Origin: Acidimicrobiia bacterium
GTDB lineage: Bacteria > Acidobacteriota > Vicinamibacteria > Vicinamibacterales > UBA2999
Direction of reading: 5' to 3'
Assembly: GCA_038144855.1 (NCBI GenBank)
Contig: JAYQOO010000004.1
Span: forward strand, 12,349-76,348
Length of the DNA: 64,000 nucleotides
Shown here in pieces: positions 19,381-28,880 of the stretch. The notes below the pieces were generated by a model that had not been told where the DNA came from, searched no databases, and worked only from the letters and a program-made list of their open reading frames with translations. Position 1 is the stretch's first letter; every line of letters starts with the position of its first letter. Made by a program: the position numbers and the translations under genes.

Positions 19381-20046
19381 CTAGATCGTCAACGCCGGAC
19401 CGTGATGGAGCCGTGCCTCGAGCCTGCCGGCGTAGGTGCTGGCCAAGAGCATGGCGATGAGCCCTGCGATCAGCGACAATCCCAATTGATGGCGGCCGCG
19501 TGCGTCCGCTGCGTCGTGGGCGGCGGCGATGCCCACCTGGTTGGCGATGAACGCATCCCGGTTGCGCGACTGCATGGCGTCGGCGCTGCCCAACGCCGCA
19601 TCACGCAGGGGAAGAATGCGCCGGTTGAGCAGTTCCCGCAAGTCCGGTCCAGAAGCCGCGCCTTCCCGCAGCGCCTCCACCGATGCGCCATGCAGGCGTT
19701 CGACCTCCGCACTGAGTTGTGAGAGGCGCTCGTCGGCACCGGCAGACTGCGCGTAGTCTTCCAGCACACCCTGGTCCAGGCGATACGCCGCGTCGATCTG
19801 TCGACGATCCTCGAACAGGTCGCCCGATTCCGGCTCGAGCAGCGCATCGCGGACGCGCGCTGACGTCAGCAGCACCATCCCTCTAATGGTGGTCAGCGAT
19901 TCTTCCGTCCCGACGAAGCGTCTGGCGGCGTCGGCCGCCCCGAGGCGGAGCGTCTGCTGCCGCGCGGCCTGCGCGGCACCGGTGTAGGTCCAGACCGCCA
20001 TCATGAAGCACGCGGCCACCACCAAAGACGCCCGGCACGCGTTCAT
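19381..20046 (-). CDS. TM-sensor-TM protein, kinase-less paralog of the adjacent histidine kinase sensor module
   Basis: Aligns by eye with the N-terminal 230 aa of the 20689..22056 kinase (see finding). Its ATG overlaps the regulator TGA (ATGA at 20043..20046). Confidence 0.7.
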   Translation of the reverse strand: MNACRASLVVAACFMMAVWTYTGAAQAARQQTLRLGAADAARRFVGTEESLTTIRGMVLLTSARVRDALLEPESGDLFEDRRQIDAAYRLDQGVLEDYAQSAGADERLSQLSAEVERLHGASVEALREGAASGPDLRELLNRRILPLRDAALGSADAMQSRNRDAFIANQVGIAAAHDAADARGRHQLGLSLIAGLIAMLLASTYAGRLEARLHHGPALTI

Positions 20047-20696
20047 GAAATGACGCCGCGCCTGACGGCATACAACACCAGTTCAGCGGTGTTATGCACG
20101 TCGAGCTTCTGCAGGATGCGGGCGCGGTGGGTCTCGACCGTGGCTGGGGAGATGTCGAGCAGTTCCGCCACTTCCCGGCTGGTGCGGGCTTCCGCGATCA
20201 GTTGGAAGATCTCACGCTCGCGTGCTGACAACGTCTCGTAGCGATCGGCGACCGCGGTCACGCCGGCGGCGCGCCGCACGTAATCGTCGAGCATCAGGCG
20301 CTCGATCGCGGGGCTGAAGAACGGCTGGCCAGCCGCCACGGCTTCGACGCCCTTCAGCAGGTCCTTCCCCGCTGAGTCCTTGAGGATGTAACCGGTCGCG
20401 CCGGCCTGCAGCGCGCGCGTCAGGTAGGCCTCGTCCGAGTGCATGCTCAGCATCAGCACGCGGGTTTCCGGCACCCGGCGCACGATCTGCTGGGTCGCGT
20501 CGATGCCATTCAGCAATGGCATGCCTGCGTCGATGATCGCCACATCCGGCTTCTGCGCCATCGCCGCCCGCACGGCCTCGCGGCCGTCGCCGACCTCCTC
20601 GACGACCTCCCAATCGGGTCGCTCCTCCAGAATCTTCCGGAGCCCTTGTCGAACCAGGGTATGGTCGTCCACCAGCAGCAATCGCAATCTAGGCAT
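20043..20696 (-). CDS. NarL/FixJ-type response regulator (REC + LuxR HTH)
   Basis: LLVDDH...DVAIIDAGMP receiver. C-terminal LSAREREIFQLIAEARTSREVAELLDISPATVETHRARILQKL. Confidence 0.9.
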   Translation of the reverse strand: MPRLRLLLVDDHTLVRQGLRKILEERPDWEVVEEVGDGREAVRAAMAQKPDVAIIDAGMPLLNGIDATQQIVRRVPETRVLMLSMHSDEAYLTRALQAGATGYILKDSAGKDLLKGVEAVAAGQPFFSPAIERLMLDDYVRRAAGVTAVADRYETLSAREREIFQLIAEARTSREVAELLDISPATVETHRARILQKLDVHNTAELVLYAVRRGVIS

Positions 20697-22056
20697 AGCT
20701 CTCCTTCTCCGGGAATGTAACGATCAGGCGGGTGCCTTCTCCGGGACTACTCAGGATGTTGAACGTCCCGCCGAGCCTCACGGCCCGCTCGCGGATGCTG
20801 ACCAGGCCGAGCCCGCGCGCCACAATCGGCCGATCGGTATCGTCGACAAACCCCATGCCGTTGTCCTCGACTTCGAGCAGCAGCCGATCCGTGAGGCGCG
20901 TCAGCCGCACGTGGCACTCGGTGGCGTTGGCATGTTTCGCAATATTGGTCAGCCCCTCCTGCACGATGCGGAAGGCCGCCAGTTCGACTTCGCGCGGCAG
21001 GCGCGAAGGCAGATTCACGGAGTGGAACTCGCCATGAATGTTGTGCCGCCGCTCGAGTCCGCGCAGGGACGCATCGATCACGGCCGGAAGGCCGAGATCA
21101 TCGAGTGCCGAGGGATGCAACAGCTGCGCGAGGTTCCGCACGGTCTGCAGCGCGCCATCGGTGATGGTCTGCGCCTCGGCGAGCATCGCGCCAGAACCGC
21201 CGTCTGACTCGATGGCCCGCTGCGCGACGTCCAGTTCCACGCGAATGGCCGTCAGCACCTGGCCCACCTCGTCGTGCAACTCGCGGGAAATGGTGCGCCG
21301 TTCCTCTTCCTGGGCGTTCAGTACCTTGGCGGCCGTCTGCTGCAATTCGCTCGACAACTTGGCGTCGCGCAGCATTTGCCGGCGCAACCGGTCTTCGAGG
21401 CGCCACGCATAGAGACTCGTCAGCAACAGCACGCCAAGCCCGATGACCAAGGCAATCCCCAGCCGCTGGCGGCTGGTCGCTTGAGCAGAGCGATAGATAT
21501 CGTTTACCTCGATCTGCTGGCGGATGAAGCTGGCGCGATTGAGACGCGTGGTCTCCTCGGAGATCGCCAGAGCGGCGTTGCGTCTCGGAACGAGCACTGA
21601 GTTGAGCAAGGCACGCACCTGTTGCGGGGTCCGCCCACTGTCGCCCGAGACAACCTGCAGCGACGTTTCATGGAACCGCTCGACTTCTTCGCGCAGAGTC
21701 CGAAGACGGGCGGCCTCGTCAGGCACGCCCATGGCCGGGTAGTCGCTCAGCAGGCTCCTGATCATGGTGGACGAAGCCTCTATGGCGTCACGATGCGCGG
21801 CCATGGCCGTGGGATCCGGATCGAGCAGGGCGTCACGAGCGCGAATCGACGACAGCAGCACTTGCGCGCGAACCGTCGAGAGCAGCTCCTGCACGCGGTT
21901 GTACCGCGTGGCCACCACCTCTGCCTCGTCGCGTACCGTCTCAATGCGCTGCGTGAATGCGTAGTCGGTGAACAGCCAAAGGCCCAACGTGACGCAAAAC
22001 CCGAGCGCGAGCGCGGCGCGGAACGAGACCCGCTCGATTTTTGCGCTTCGCATCAT
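20689..22056 (-). CDS. sensor histidine kinase (HisKA_3 / NarX-LiaS-DesK type) with helical periplasmic sensor
   Basis: H-box ELHDEVGQVLTAI; HATPase N and G boxes (EGLTNIAKHA, DNGMGF, GLGLVSIRER). Start trimmed to MMRSAKIE (22056). Overlaps the regulator start by 8 nt. Confidence 0.85.
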   Translation of the reverse strand: MMRSAKIERVSFRAALALGFCVTLGLWLFTDYAFTQRIETVRDEAEVVATRYNRVQELLSTVRAQVLLSSIRARDALLDPDPTAMAAHRDAIEASSTMIRSLLSDYPAMGVPDEAARLRTLREEVERFHETSLQVVSGDSGRTPQQVRALLNSVLVPRRNAALAISEETTRLNRASFIRQQIEVNDIYRSAQATSRQRLGIALVIGLGVLLLTSLYAWRLEDRLRRQMLRDAKLSSELQQTAAKVLNAQEEERRTISRELHDEVGQVLTAIRVELDVAQRAIESDGGSGAMLAEAQTITDGALQTVRNLAQLLHPSALDDLGLPAVIDASLRGLERRHNIHGEFHSVNLPSRLPREVELAAFRIVQEGLTNIAKHANATECHVRLTRLTDRLLLEVEDNGMGFVDDTDRPIVARGLGLVSIRERAVRLGGTFNILSSPGEGTRLIVTFPEKESYA

Positions 22057-22152
22057 GGAAAAGTAACAGGTTCCAGACGCTTGTACCGTCGGGGGGCGGC
22101 GAGTAGCAATCCCCTGTTTCCTGTATATCTGGACCGGACAAGGGGTGAGGTC

Positions 22153-22192
22153 AAAAAAAGCGGGAGGGCCGCATGAGGCGGTGCCCTCCCGC
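22153..22192 (-). terminator. rho-independent terminator after the 22231..25077 receptor gene
   Basis: Reverse strand: GCGGGAGGGC, 13-nt loop, GCCCTCCCGC, then TTTTTTT (10-bp GC stem plus 7 U). Lies about 40 nt past the stop. Confidence 0.75.
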
Positions 22193-22230
22193 AACGACTC
22201 CCCCACAGGAGTCAACTTTTGCGCGTCGCG

Positions 22231-25077
22231 CTAGAACTGCAGGCGGAACCCGACGCGCGCCGTGAGCGGTGCCAGGATCGCCGACGGCTTCAAGAACGCG
22301 GTGCCGGTCGACCGCGTGATGGTTTCCGAGGCGTGGCTGTTGGCGATGTTGAACAAATCAAACATCCCCCTGAACCGCACGCGGCCGCCGAGGTTGATGG
22401 TCTTCTCGAGACGCACGTCAAACACCGTGATGTTGTCTTCGCGGTTTGAATCCGACGGCTCAACGTAGAAGGTGGTGCCTGACACGAACGTGCCGGTGCC
22501 GGTGGTTGAGATCGTCCCAGTGCGGGCGAAGTTCGCGCCCGACTGGTGGCGGATCACCGGCGAGATACGGATGCCGAACGGCGCGTCGTAGCTACCCGAC
22601 GCCTTGAAGTTCCAGTTGGTCAGGTTTTCGTCGAACGGCTGGTTCGGATTCTGCGGATAGCCGTTCGGGAAGTTGTTCTGCATGGTGTAGGCGCCGCCCA
22701 TGGATGCGGACCAGCGGTTGCTGTAGCGGCGGTTGACGGAGACCTCGACCGTCTTATAGCGGCCGAACGTCGGCAGGTTCATCACGACTGAGCGGGCCGG
22801 GAACTCCGCCGCCCGCGAGCTCGGCAGACCCACCATGGGAATGACGCGGTCGTCCGACGTCCCGCGGATGCCATCGCGACCGATATCGGTGAAGTTGAAC
22901 GGCACGCCGGCGGCCTTGTAGGCATCGAGGCCGCGGGCTGGAATGTAGGTGCTGATCAGGTCGTCTTCGGTCTTGTAGACGAAGCCGGCTCTGACGCCCA
23001 TCGTGTCGGTGAGCTGGCGCTCAAGCCAGGCGCTGGCTTCGTGGGTGTACGGCGCCTTGATGTTCGGGTCGATGGAGATCGCGCCTTCAAGAGCAAGGCT
23101 CTGCAGCGTCGTCTCTTCCCCTGCCTGCCAGCGCTGGTCGCCGTTGATGTCGTTCCACCCATACGTGCCGCGCTTGGCAGCGATGTTCGGATTGGCCGAC
23201 CCCGCCACGCCCGCACCCGGGTTGTGCCAGAACAGACCGTAGTTGGCCTTCAGCACCGTCTTGCCGTTGCCGGACAGGTCAAAGGTCAGGCCGATGCGCG
23301 GCGCAATCTGGTTCCACACATAGAACTCGGTCTGCGGGAACGTCTTGGCGGCCACGGAAATCGGTCCCACCGATGAGGCCAGCTGCTGCTGCTCGGGCAG
23401 CCAGCCGCGATAGCGGTCGTAGCGCACACCGGCGTTGATCGTCGCGCGGCCGAGCGACCACGTGTCGTTGACGAAGGCGCCGACCTGATCGAGCGCGGCC
23501 CGCGACGTCAGGCTGTCGTGCGCATCGAGGCTGCCCGCCTTGGTCGCCGTCTGCAGCGCGAAGATCACCTGGCTCGAGACGCCATTATTGTAGACGTGGT
23601 CGATGTTGCCGCCCCAGGTCTGCTGGTAGCCTTCCCACGACTGCTCCTTCAGCAGCTCCGCGCCCATCTTGAACGTATGGCTGCCCTTGGAGGTGTCGAG
23701 GAAGTAGGTCGCCGCGGCGGTGTATTGCTTGCGGTCGCGGTCGAGCTGCCAGATCTGGTTGGCGCCCTGCACGATGCCGCGGCCGATGTCGCGGAACCAG
23801 AAATTGTCGTTGCTGTTGGCGATCAGCGGGAAGTAGTAGCCAAAGTCACCGTAGCGGGCTTCGACATACAGCTTGTCGCTGAGCGTGCCGTTCCATTCAC
23901 CCTTGTAGACCCAGCTTCCCGAGTCCTGCGAGTAGGTCGGGCCTGGTGTCGTGTAGGTGTAGGCCGTGCTGAACATGCGGTTTGGCTGTTCCTTCTGTCC
24001 CCACTGGTAGTAGCCAATCAGCTTGTTTTTCTGGTTCAGTTGATAGGTGACCTTCGCTACGGGATTCCACAACTTGGTGTCGAACGTCTGATCGAACGTC
24101 CAGTTCGGCTGCGACAGCTGGTTTTTCTGCTGGCGGTAGGTCCCGAAGAACCACGCCCGGTCCTTCTTGATCGGACCACCGAGGTTGATATCCTGGTCGT
24201 AGTAGCCCTGAATTTCATTGCTGTGCGCGCGAATCGGCGAGTTATTAAACGCCGTCGGAGCGGTGTAGGAGTCCGGAATGTTCGAGCCCTGCAGCGAGTT
24301 GTTGTACCAGTCGAGATGGTATTCCCCCTGGAACTGGTTCGAGCCGGAGCGGGCGATGAACTGAGACTGCACTCCAGGGTTCGGCATTTCCGCCGACTGG
24401 CCTGACGTGCCGAGGAACGCTTCTTCAAGTGACGCGTAGTCGAAGTAGAAGCCGGCGCCGCCCGTGCCTTCCGTGGTGTTGATCCCCTCGATCAGCACGC
24501 GCACCTGGCCGCTCATGCCGTAGGCGGTGTAACCGGTCTGCGTGCCTGCACGGTTGCCGCCCACGTCGATGCGACTCATCTGCACCGCCGGCGTGACCGC
24601 CAGGAGCGCCCACATGTCGCGCCCGTTCGGAATCGACTGCAGCTGATCCATCTTGAAGTTCTGCTGCACACGCGTCGAGGATGTGTCGATCACAGGCGAC
24701 GCCCCGCTGACCGTGACCGTCTCCTGCAGCGTGGCCAGTGCCAGTTCCACGTTAATGGTTGCCGTGAAGCCGAGCGTGATGGACACACCGGCGCGGCGCA
24801 ACGAATTGAAGCCGGCAAGCTCGTAGCTGACCTCATACGTTCCGGGAGGCACAGCCGGGAAACGGTAGTTGCCGGTCTCCGACGTCACCGTGGTTTGGGG
24901 CTGAATCAGCGCGGGACTGGTCGCCGTCACCGTCACGCCGGGCAGCACGGCGCCCTGCGCGTCCATGACCCGCCCTTGAATGGTGCCCGTGCTGCTCGCG
25001 CCGCCGCCCTGCGCAAACGCCGGCGCAGCGCCTATCAGTAGTACCAGTAGTCCGATCCCGACCATGGGGAGTTTCAT
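22231..25077 (-). CDS. TonB-dependent receptor-like outer-membrane protein with CarboxypepD_reg N-domain
   Basis: Signal MKLPMVGIGLLVLLIGAAPAFAQ, GTIQGRVMDAQGAVLPGVTVTATSP...YRFPAVPPGTYEV, long beta-barrel, C-terminal RVGFRLQF. AGGAGG lies upstream of ATG 25077. Confidence 0.85.
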   Translation of the reverse strand: MKLPMVGIGLLVLLIGAAPAFAQGGGASSTGTIQGRVMDAQGAVLPGVTVTATSPALIQPQTTVTSETGNYRFPAVPPGTYEVSYELAGFNSLRRAGVSITLGFTATINVELALATLQETVTVSGASPVIDTSSTRVQQNFKMDQLQSIPNGRDMWALLAVTPAVQMSRIDVGGNRAGTQTGYTAYGMSGQVRVLIEGINTTEGTGGAGFYFDYASLEEAFLGTSGQSAEMPNPGVQSQFIARSGSNQFQGEYHLDWYNNSLQGSNIPDSYTAPTAFNNSPIRAHSNEIQGYYDQDINLGGPIKKDRAWFFGTYRQQKNQLSQPNWTFDQTFDTKLWNPVAKVTYQLNQKNKLIGYYQWGQKEQPNRMFSTAYTYTTPGPTYSQDSGSWVYKGEWNGTLSDKLYVEARYGDFGYYFPLIANSNDNFWFRDIGRGIVQGANQIWQLDRDRKQYTAAATYFLDTSKGSHTFKMGAELLKEQSWEGYQQTWGGNIDHVYNNGVSSQVIFALQTATKAGSLDAHDSLTSRAALDQVGAFVNDTWSLGRATINAGVRYDRYRGWLPEQQQLASSVGPISVAAKTFPQTEFYVWNQIAPRIGLTFDLSGNGKTVLKANYGLFWHNPGAGVAGSANPNIAAKRGTYGWNDINGDQRWQAGEETTLQSLALEGAISIDPNIKAPYTHEASAWLERQLTDTMGVRAGFVYKTEDDLISTYIPARGLDAYKAAGVPFNFTDIGRDGIRGTSDDRVIPMVGLPSSRAAEFPARSVVMNLPTFGRYKTVEVSVNRRYSNRWSASMGGAYTMQNNFPNGYPQNPNQPFDENLTNWNFKASGSYDAPFGIRISPVIRHQSGANFARTGTISTTGTGTFVSGTTFYVEPSDSNREDNITVFDVRLEKTINLGGRVRFRGMFDLFNIANSHASETITRSTGTAFLKPSAILAPLTARVGFRLQF

Positions 25078-25241
25078 CCATACCTCCTGATCACGCGCGA
25101 CCGCACAACGCCGCGCCATCAACGACAGCGAACACACCGATGTGTGTGTTCATCACGATGAGTGGGTTTGTATCGCGCCGTCACCGCAAGAACAATCCGG
25201 CGCGTCCGTAGCGAAACGTAATGGGTTTCTTGAAGCGTGAT

Positions 25242-25272
25242 TAGGGCGATTCAATGCCATTGAATGGCCCTA
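25242..25272. promoter_or_regulatory. 31-bp near-perfect palindrome (15-1-15, one mismatch) in the divergent receptor spacer
   Basis: TAGGGCGATTCAATG-C-CATTGAATGGCCCTA. The inner ATTCAATG-C-CATTGAAT is perfect. Each strand reads TTGAAT (-35-like). Confidence 0.5.
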
Positions 25273-25414
25273 GAGTGCATGCGGAAATCACCGCAGTACC
25301 GCTGACCTGCTCACGGTATTTACTCACTGAGACCCTCACAGTACAAACGCGCAAGCACGTCGACTCTCTCTCGTCACACTCACGTCGAACATCTGTCGTT
25401 GTTTTGGAGGATGC

Positions 25415-28348
25415 ATGCTCGTTTTGACCCCTCGCGCGGCCATCGCCTGTCTGGCCCTCGTTCTGAGTCTGGCTCTACCTGCGGTTGCGCAGGACTTCCG
25501 CGGCCGCATCAATGGCACCGTCACTGACAACACGGGCGCGGTGTTGCCAGGTGTCACCGTCACGGCGACCAGCCCGGCGCTGATTCAGCCGCAGGTCCAG
25601 GTGACCGGCGGCGATGGCGGCTATCGATTCCTCGCGCTGCCGCCCGGCGTCTACAGCGTCGACTTCGACTTGACGGGATTCAACGCCGTCAAGCGCAGCG
25701 ACGTACGCGTCGTCATCAACCAGACGCTGACGGTCGACATGCAGATGCAGGTCGCCACGCTGCAGGAGACCGTGACGGTCACCGGCGCGTCGCCAATCGT
25801 CGACACTTCGACGACGGCAATGGGCACCAACTTCACCAAAGAGTTGCTGACGGAAATTCCCAACGCGCGCGACGTATGGGCTGCCATGGCTCAGGCGCCC
25901 GGCATCCAGATGACCGGATTCGACGTGGGTGGCTCGAACACCGGCAACCAGACCGGCTTCCGCTCGTATGGATTCGACACGCAGAACCAGACCCGCGTCG
26001 AAGGCATCGACACGACCGAAGGCACCGCCGCCAACGCGGGCTACTTCGACTTCGGTAGCTTCGAAGAGTTCCAGGTGGGCGGCGCCGGTGCGGACTCCGG
26101 TGCCTTTGCCGGTGGCGCAGTACTGACCATCAGCGTCAAGTCCGGCGGTGATCGCTTCACCGGCACCTGGTACAGCGACTACATCAGCGAGAGCCAGTTG
26201 ACCGACAACGTGCCCGACTATCTGCGCACGGCCAACACCCCCAATGCAGACGGGATGTTCTCGCGCAACGGCCTCTGCTTCCAGCGTTCGGGCGAGACGA
26301 TCTGTCGCGGCAACGCCACCAAAAAGCAATACGACCTTAACGGCGACTTTGGTGGCCCGCTGTGGAAGCAGAAAGCCTGGTTCTTCACCAGCTGGCGCCT
26401 GAACGACAAGTACGAATACATCACCGGGCTCGGCGACGAAACGCAGCGGTCGAAACTTGGCAACAAGTACACGTTCAAGGGCACGTTCCAGGTTGGCAAG
26501 AACAACCAGATCATCGGCTTCCTCAACAAGCGCGAAAAACTGCAGGACAAGCGGGGCATCAACCTGACCACGCCACTCTCAGCCGCGTATTACCAGAGTT
26601 CGCGTAACTACCCCTGGAAGGTCGAGTGGACCTCGGTGATCGGCAGCCGCGCATTCCTCGACGTGCTCTACGGCAACTGGTACAACTTCTTCCCGCTGCG
26701 TCCTGTTCGGGACTTCGGCCTGTATGACGGGCCGTGGGAAGCGCCGCGCATCGACACCGCGACCAACGTGCTCTCACCGACCGGCGGTAACAGCGGTTAT
26801 CAGGACCAGAAGCGCTACAAGCCCCAGGTCTACGCCACGCTCTCCTATTTCAAGGATGGCTGGGGCGGCTCGCACGACCTCCGCGCGGGCTTTGACTGGA
26901 AGCGCGATCGCCGCTCACTGTTCAACGATCAGCCGTTCGACATTCAGTATCGCGACAACAACGGCGTCATCGCCGCCGTTGACCTCCACAACACGTCGGT
27001 CACTGGTATCAATGACGTGGTCTATACCGCCGGCTGGATTAACGATACGTTCAAGGTGAGGGATCGCCTGACGCTGAACCTCGGCGTACGTCTCGAGCAT
27101 TACCAGGACCAGTGGCCTGATCAGGAATTCGCGCCCAACGGCATTCCCGCCCTCAGGGGCTGGAACGACCCGCGCTATACCGCATTCGTCGCGCAGCGCA
27201 CGGTCGATGCGACGACGGTCGCGGACACCATCACCCTCGCGCCGAAGCTCGGCTTCGCGTATGACCTCACGGGCGACAACCGCACCGTCGTCAAAGGCTT
27301 CATCGGACAGTCGCGGTGGAACTCCGCAGACACGCTGGCCAACCAGGAGAATCCGGTCGGGCGCGCGCAGCTGCGCTACGCGTTCCTGCCCTGCACGGCG
27401 ACACGCACCACCGGCTGCGACCTGAACGGCAACCGCCTGCTCGACTCGCCAGCGGAGCTTGGCGCGTTTCAGCAGACACTGGGCGGCGCCGGATTTGTCC
27501 GCGTCGACCGCGACCTCGTGCGCCCGACCAGCAACGAGGTGTCGCTGAACCTGGAGCGCGAAGTCGCCACCGGCCTGTCGGCCCGCGCGTCCTGGGTTTA
27601 CAAGAACATGCGCAACGTGTGGGGCGAAGTCGACGTCGTGCGCGCCGCCGGCTACACCGTGCCGTTCACCATCAATGACCCCGGCGCCGATCGCGTCGCC
27701 GGCACCGCAGACGACCAGCAGTTTCAGACGCTGGCCCTGGCGGCCGGCACCGGGACGGATCGCGTCTACACCAACGACGAGCGCAACAACGCCGACTTCC
27801 ACACCGCCGAGTTCGCTCTCAACCGCCGCTTCGCCAATCGCTGGATGCTGCTGACGTCGTTCGGCTACACCTGGTCAACGATGATCCACTCGCAAGCCGG
27901 CGCGCGCTCATTCTCGTATCGCCCGGTCGACCTGTTGTTTGGTGACGAAGGCAAGGAGACCGACACGCTGTGGAACTACAAGGTCGTCGGACGCTACGTG
28001 ATGCCGTTTGCGGTCGGCTTCTCTGGTTCGTGGAAGGTGCAAAGCGGCTTCAACTACGCGCGCACGATCAGCGTGGCGATGCCGGTGGAGGGCAACCGCA
28101 CGGTACGTGTCGAGCCGATTACCGCGAACCGCTATCCCTCGGTTGCGATCCTGGACCTGCGGCTCGACAAGACCATCGACCTCGGACGCGCCGGCCGCAT
28201 CACGCCGACACTGGACGTGTTCAACGTCATGAACTCGGGCGTACCGACGACGGTCCGCACGACCAACACCGCGACGGCGCCGTTCAATGAAGTGACGGCG
28301 ATTCTCAACCCGCGCGTCATTCGTTTCGGGGTGCGGTTCAACTTCTAA
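25415..28348 (+). CDS. TonB-dependent receptor-like outer-membrane protein with CarboxypepD_reg N-domain (tandem copy 1)
   Basis: Signal ending AVAQ, GRINGTVTDNTGAVLPGVTVTATSP, plug-like ETVTVTGASPIVDTSTT, C-terminal VIRFGVRFNF. GGAGGA precedes the ATG. Confidence 0.9.
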   Translation: MLVLTPRAAIACLALVLSLALPAVAQDFRGRINGTVTDNTGAVLPGVTVTATSPALIQPQVQVTGGDGGYRFLALPPGVYSVDFDLTGFNAVKRSDVRVVINQTLTVDMQMQVATLQETVTVTGASPIVDTSTTAMGTNFTKELLTEIPNARDVWAAMAQAPGIQMTGFDVGGSNTGNQTGFRSYGFDTQNQTRVEGIDTTEGTAANAGYFDFGSFEEFQVGGAGADSGAFAGGAVLTISVKSGGDRFTGTWYSDYISESQLTDNVPDYLRTANTPNADGMFSRNGLCFQRSGETICRGNATKKQYDLNGDFGGPLWKQKAWFFTSWRLNDKYEYITGLGDETQRSKLGNKYTFKGTFQVGKNNQIIGFLNKREKLQDKRGINLTTPLSAAYYQSSRNYPWKVEWTSVIGSRAFLDVLYGNWYNFFPLRPVRDFGLYDGPWEAPRIDTATNVLSPTGGNSGYQDQKRYKPQVYATLSYFKDGWGGSHDLRAGFDWKRDRRSLFNDQPFDIQYRDNNGVIAAVDLHNTSVTGINDVVYTAGWINDTFKVRDRLTLNLGVRLEHYQDQWPDQEFAPNGIPALRGWNDPRYTAFVAQRTVDATTVADTITLAPKLGFAYDLTGDNRTVVKGFIGQSRWNSADTLANQENPVGRAQLRYAFLPCTATRTTGCDLNGNRLLDSPAELGAFQQTLGGAGFVRVDRDLVRPTSNEVSLNLEREVATGLSARASWVYKNMRNVWGEVDVVRAAGYTVPFTINDPGADRVAGTADDQQFQTLALAAGTGTDRVYTNDERNNADFHTAEFALNRRFANRWMLLTSFGYTWSTMIHSQAGARSFSYRPVDLLFGDEGKETDTLWNYKVVGRYVMPFAVGFSGSWKVQSGFNYARTISVAMPVEGNRTVRVEPITANRYPSVAILDLRLDKTIDLGRAGRITPTLDVFNVMNSGVPTTVRTTNTATAPFNEVTAILNPRVIRFGVRFNF

Positions 28349-28464
28349 TCGCAAAATACCCGGAGGCCGGTATTTACACCGGCAACCGGGAGCGTTACAA
28401 AGACTTCAACTCCGGGTTGCGTCGAGCCATCAGGCGCAATGCCGGCAGCCGCTAATCACACTTT

Positions 28465-28492
28465 GCTGGGAGCGCAAGCTCCCAGCTTTTTT
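28465..28492 (+). terminator. rho-independent terminator after tandem copy 1
   Basis: GCTGGGAGC-GCAA-GCTCCCAGC followed by TTTTTT (9-bp stem, GNRA-like loop). Confidence 0.8.
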
Positions 28493-28880
28493 GCCACCCA
28501 ATCCTCAACCCCCAAACGGTAGTCCGGCGGCCGCCGCTTCCCCGCCTGGGCAGCGACACGCGGGACGACGGGATACAACGAACGACTTTTCGTTCGATAA
28601 ATCCATCTAATTGGGGCCGGCTGTGGGTCCGGTCCCCTCCCCCATCCCCCATACACCAGAAATTCAGCCCAAATTGGCAGAATTTCGCAAATTCTCGCCC
28701 TACCGGGTTTCCAGCACGTCTCTTGCATCCCTCGACCATGCGGATCTACCATCCGTCCGGATCATTTGTACCCCCGTCCACCTGCCCCTTGGCCCCCTGG
28801 CCGAAAAGCAAGCGACGAGTGTGCAAGTGGTGCGTCTTGGTTTGCGTTAACTCACGTTGTGTTGGTTGGAGGAGAACTAC

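Noticed and set aside
25249-25266. Fur box in the receptor spacer palindrome
   Set aside because: Only the 9-1-9 layout is shared. The sequence GATTCAATG-C-CATTGAATG differs from GATAATGAT-A-ATCATTATC at most positions. It is kept as a generic operator candidate instead.
28674-28690. Sigma54-type promoter TGGCAG-N-TCGCA upstream of receptor copy 2
   Set aside because: The GG-to-GC spacing is one nucleotide short of the -24/-12 consensus and TTGC is replaced by TCGC. No enhancer-binding protein gene is nearby.
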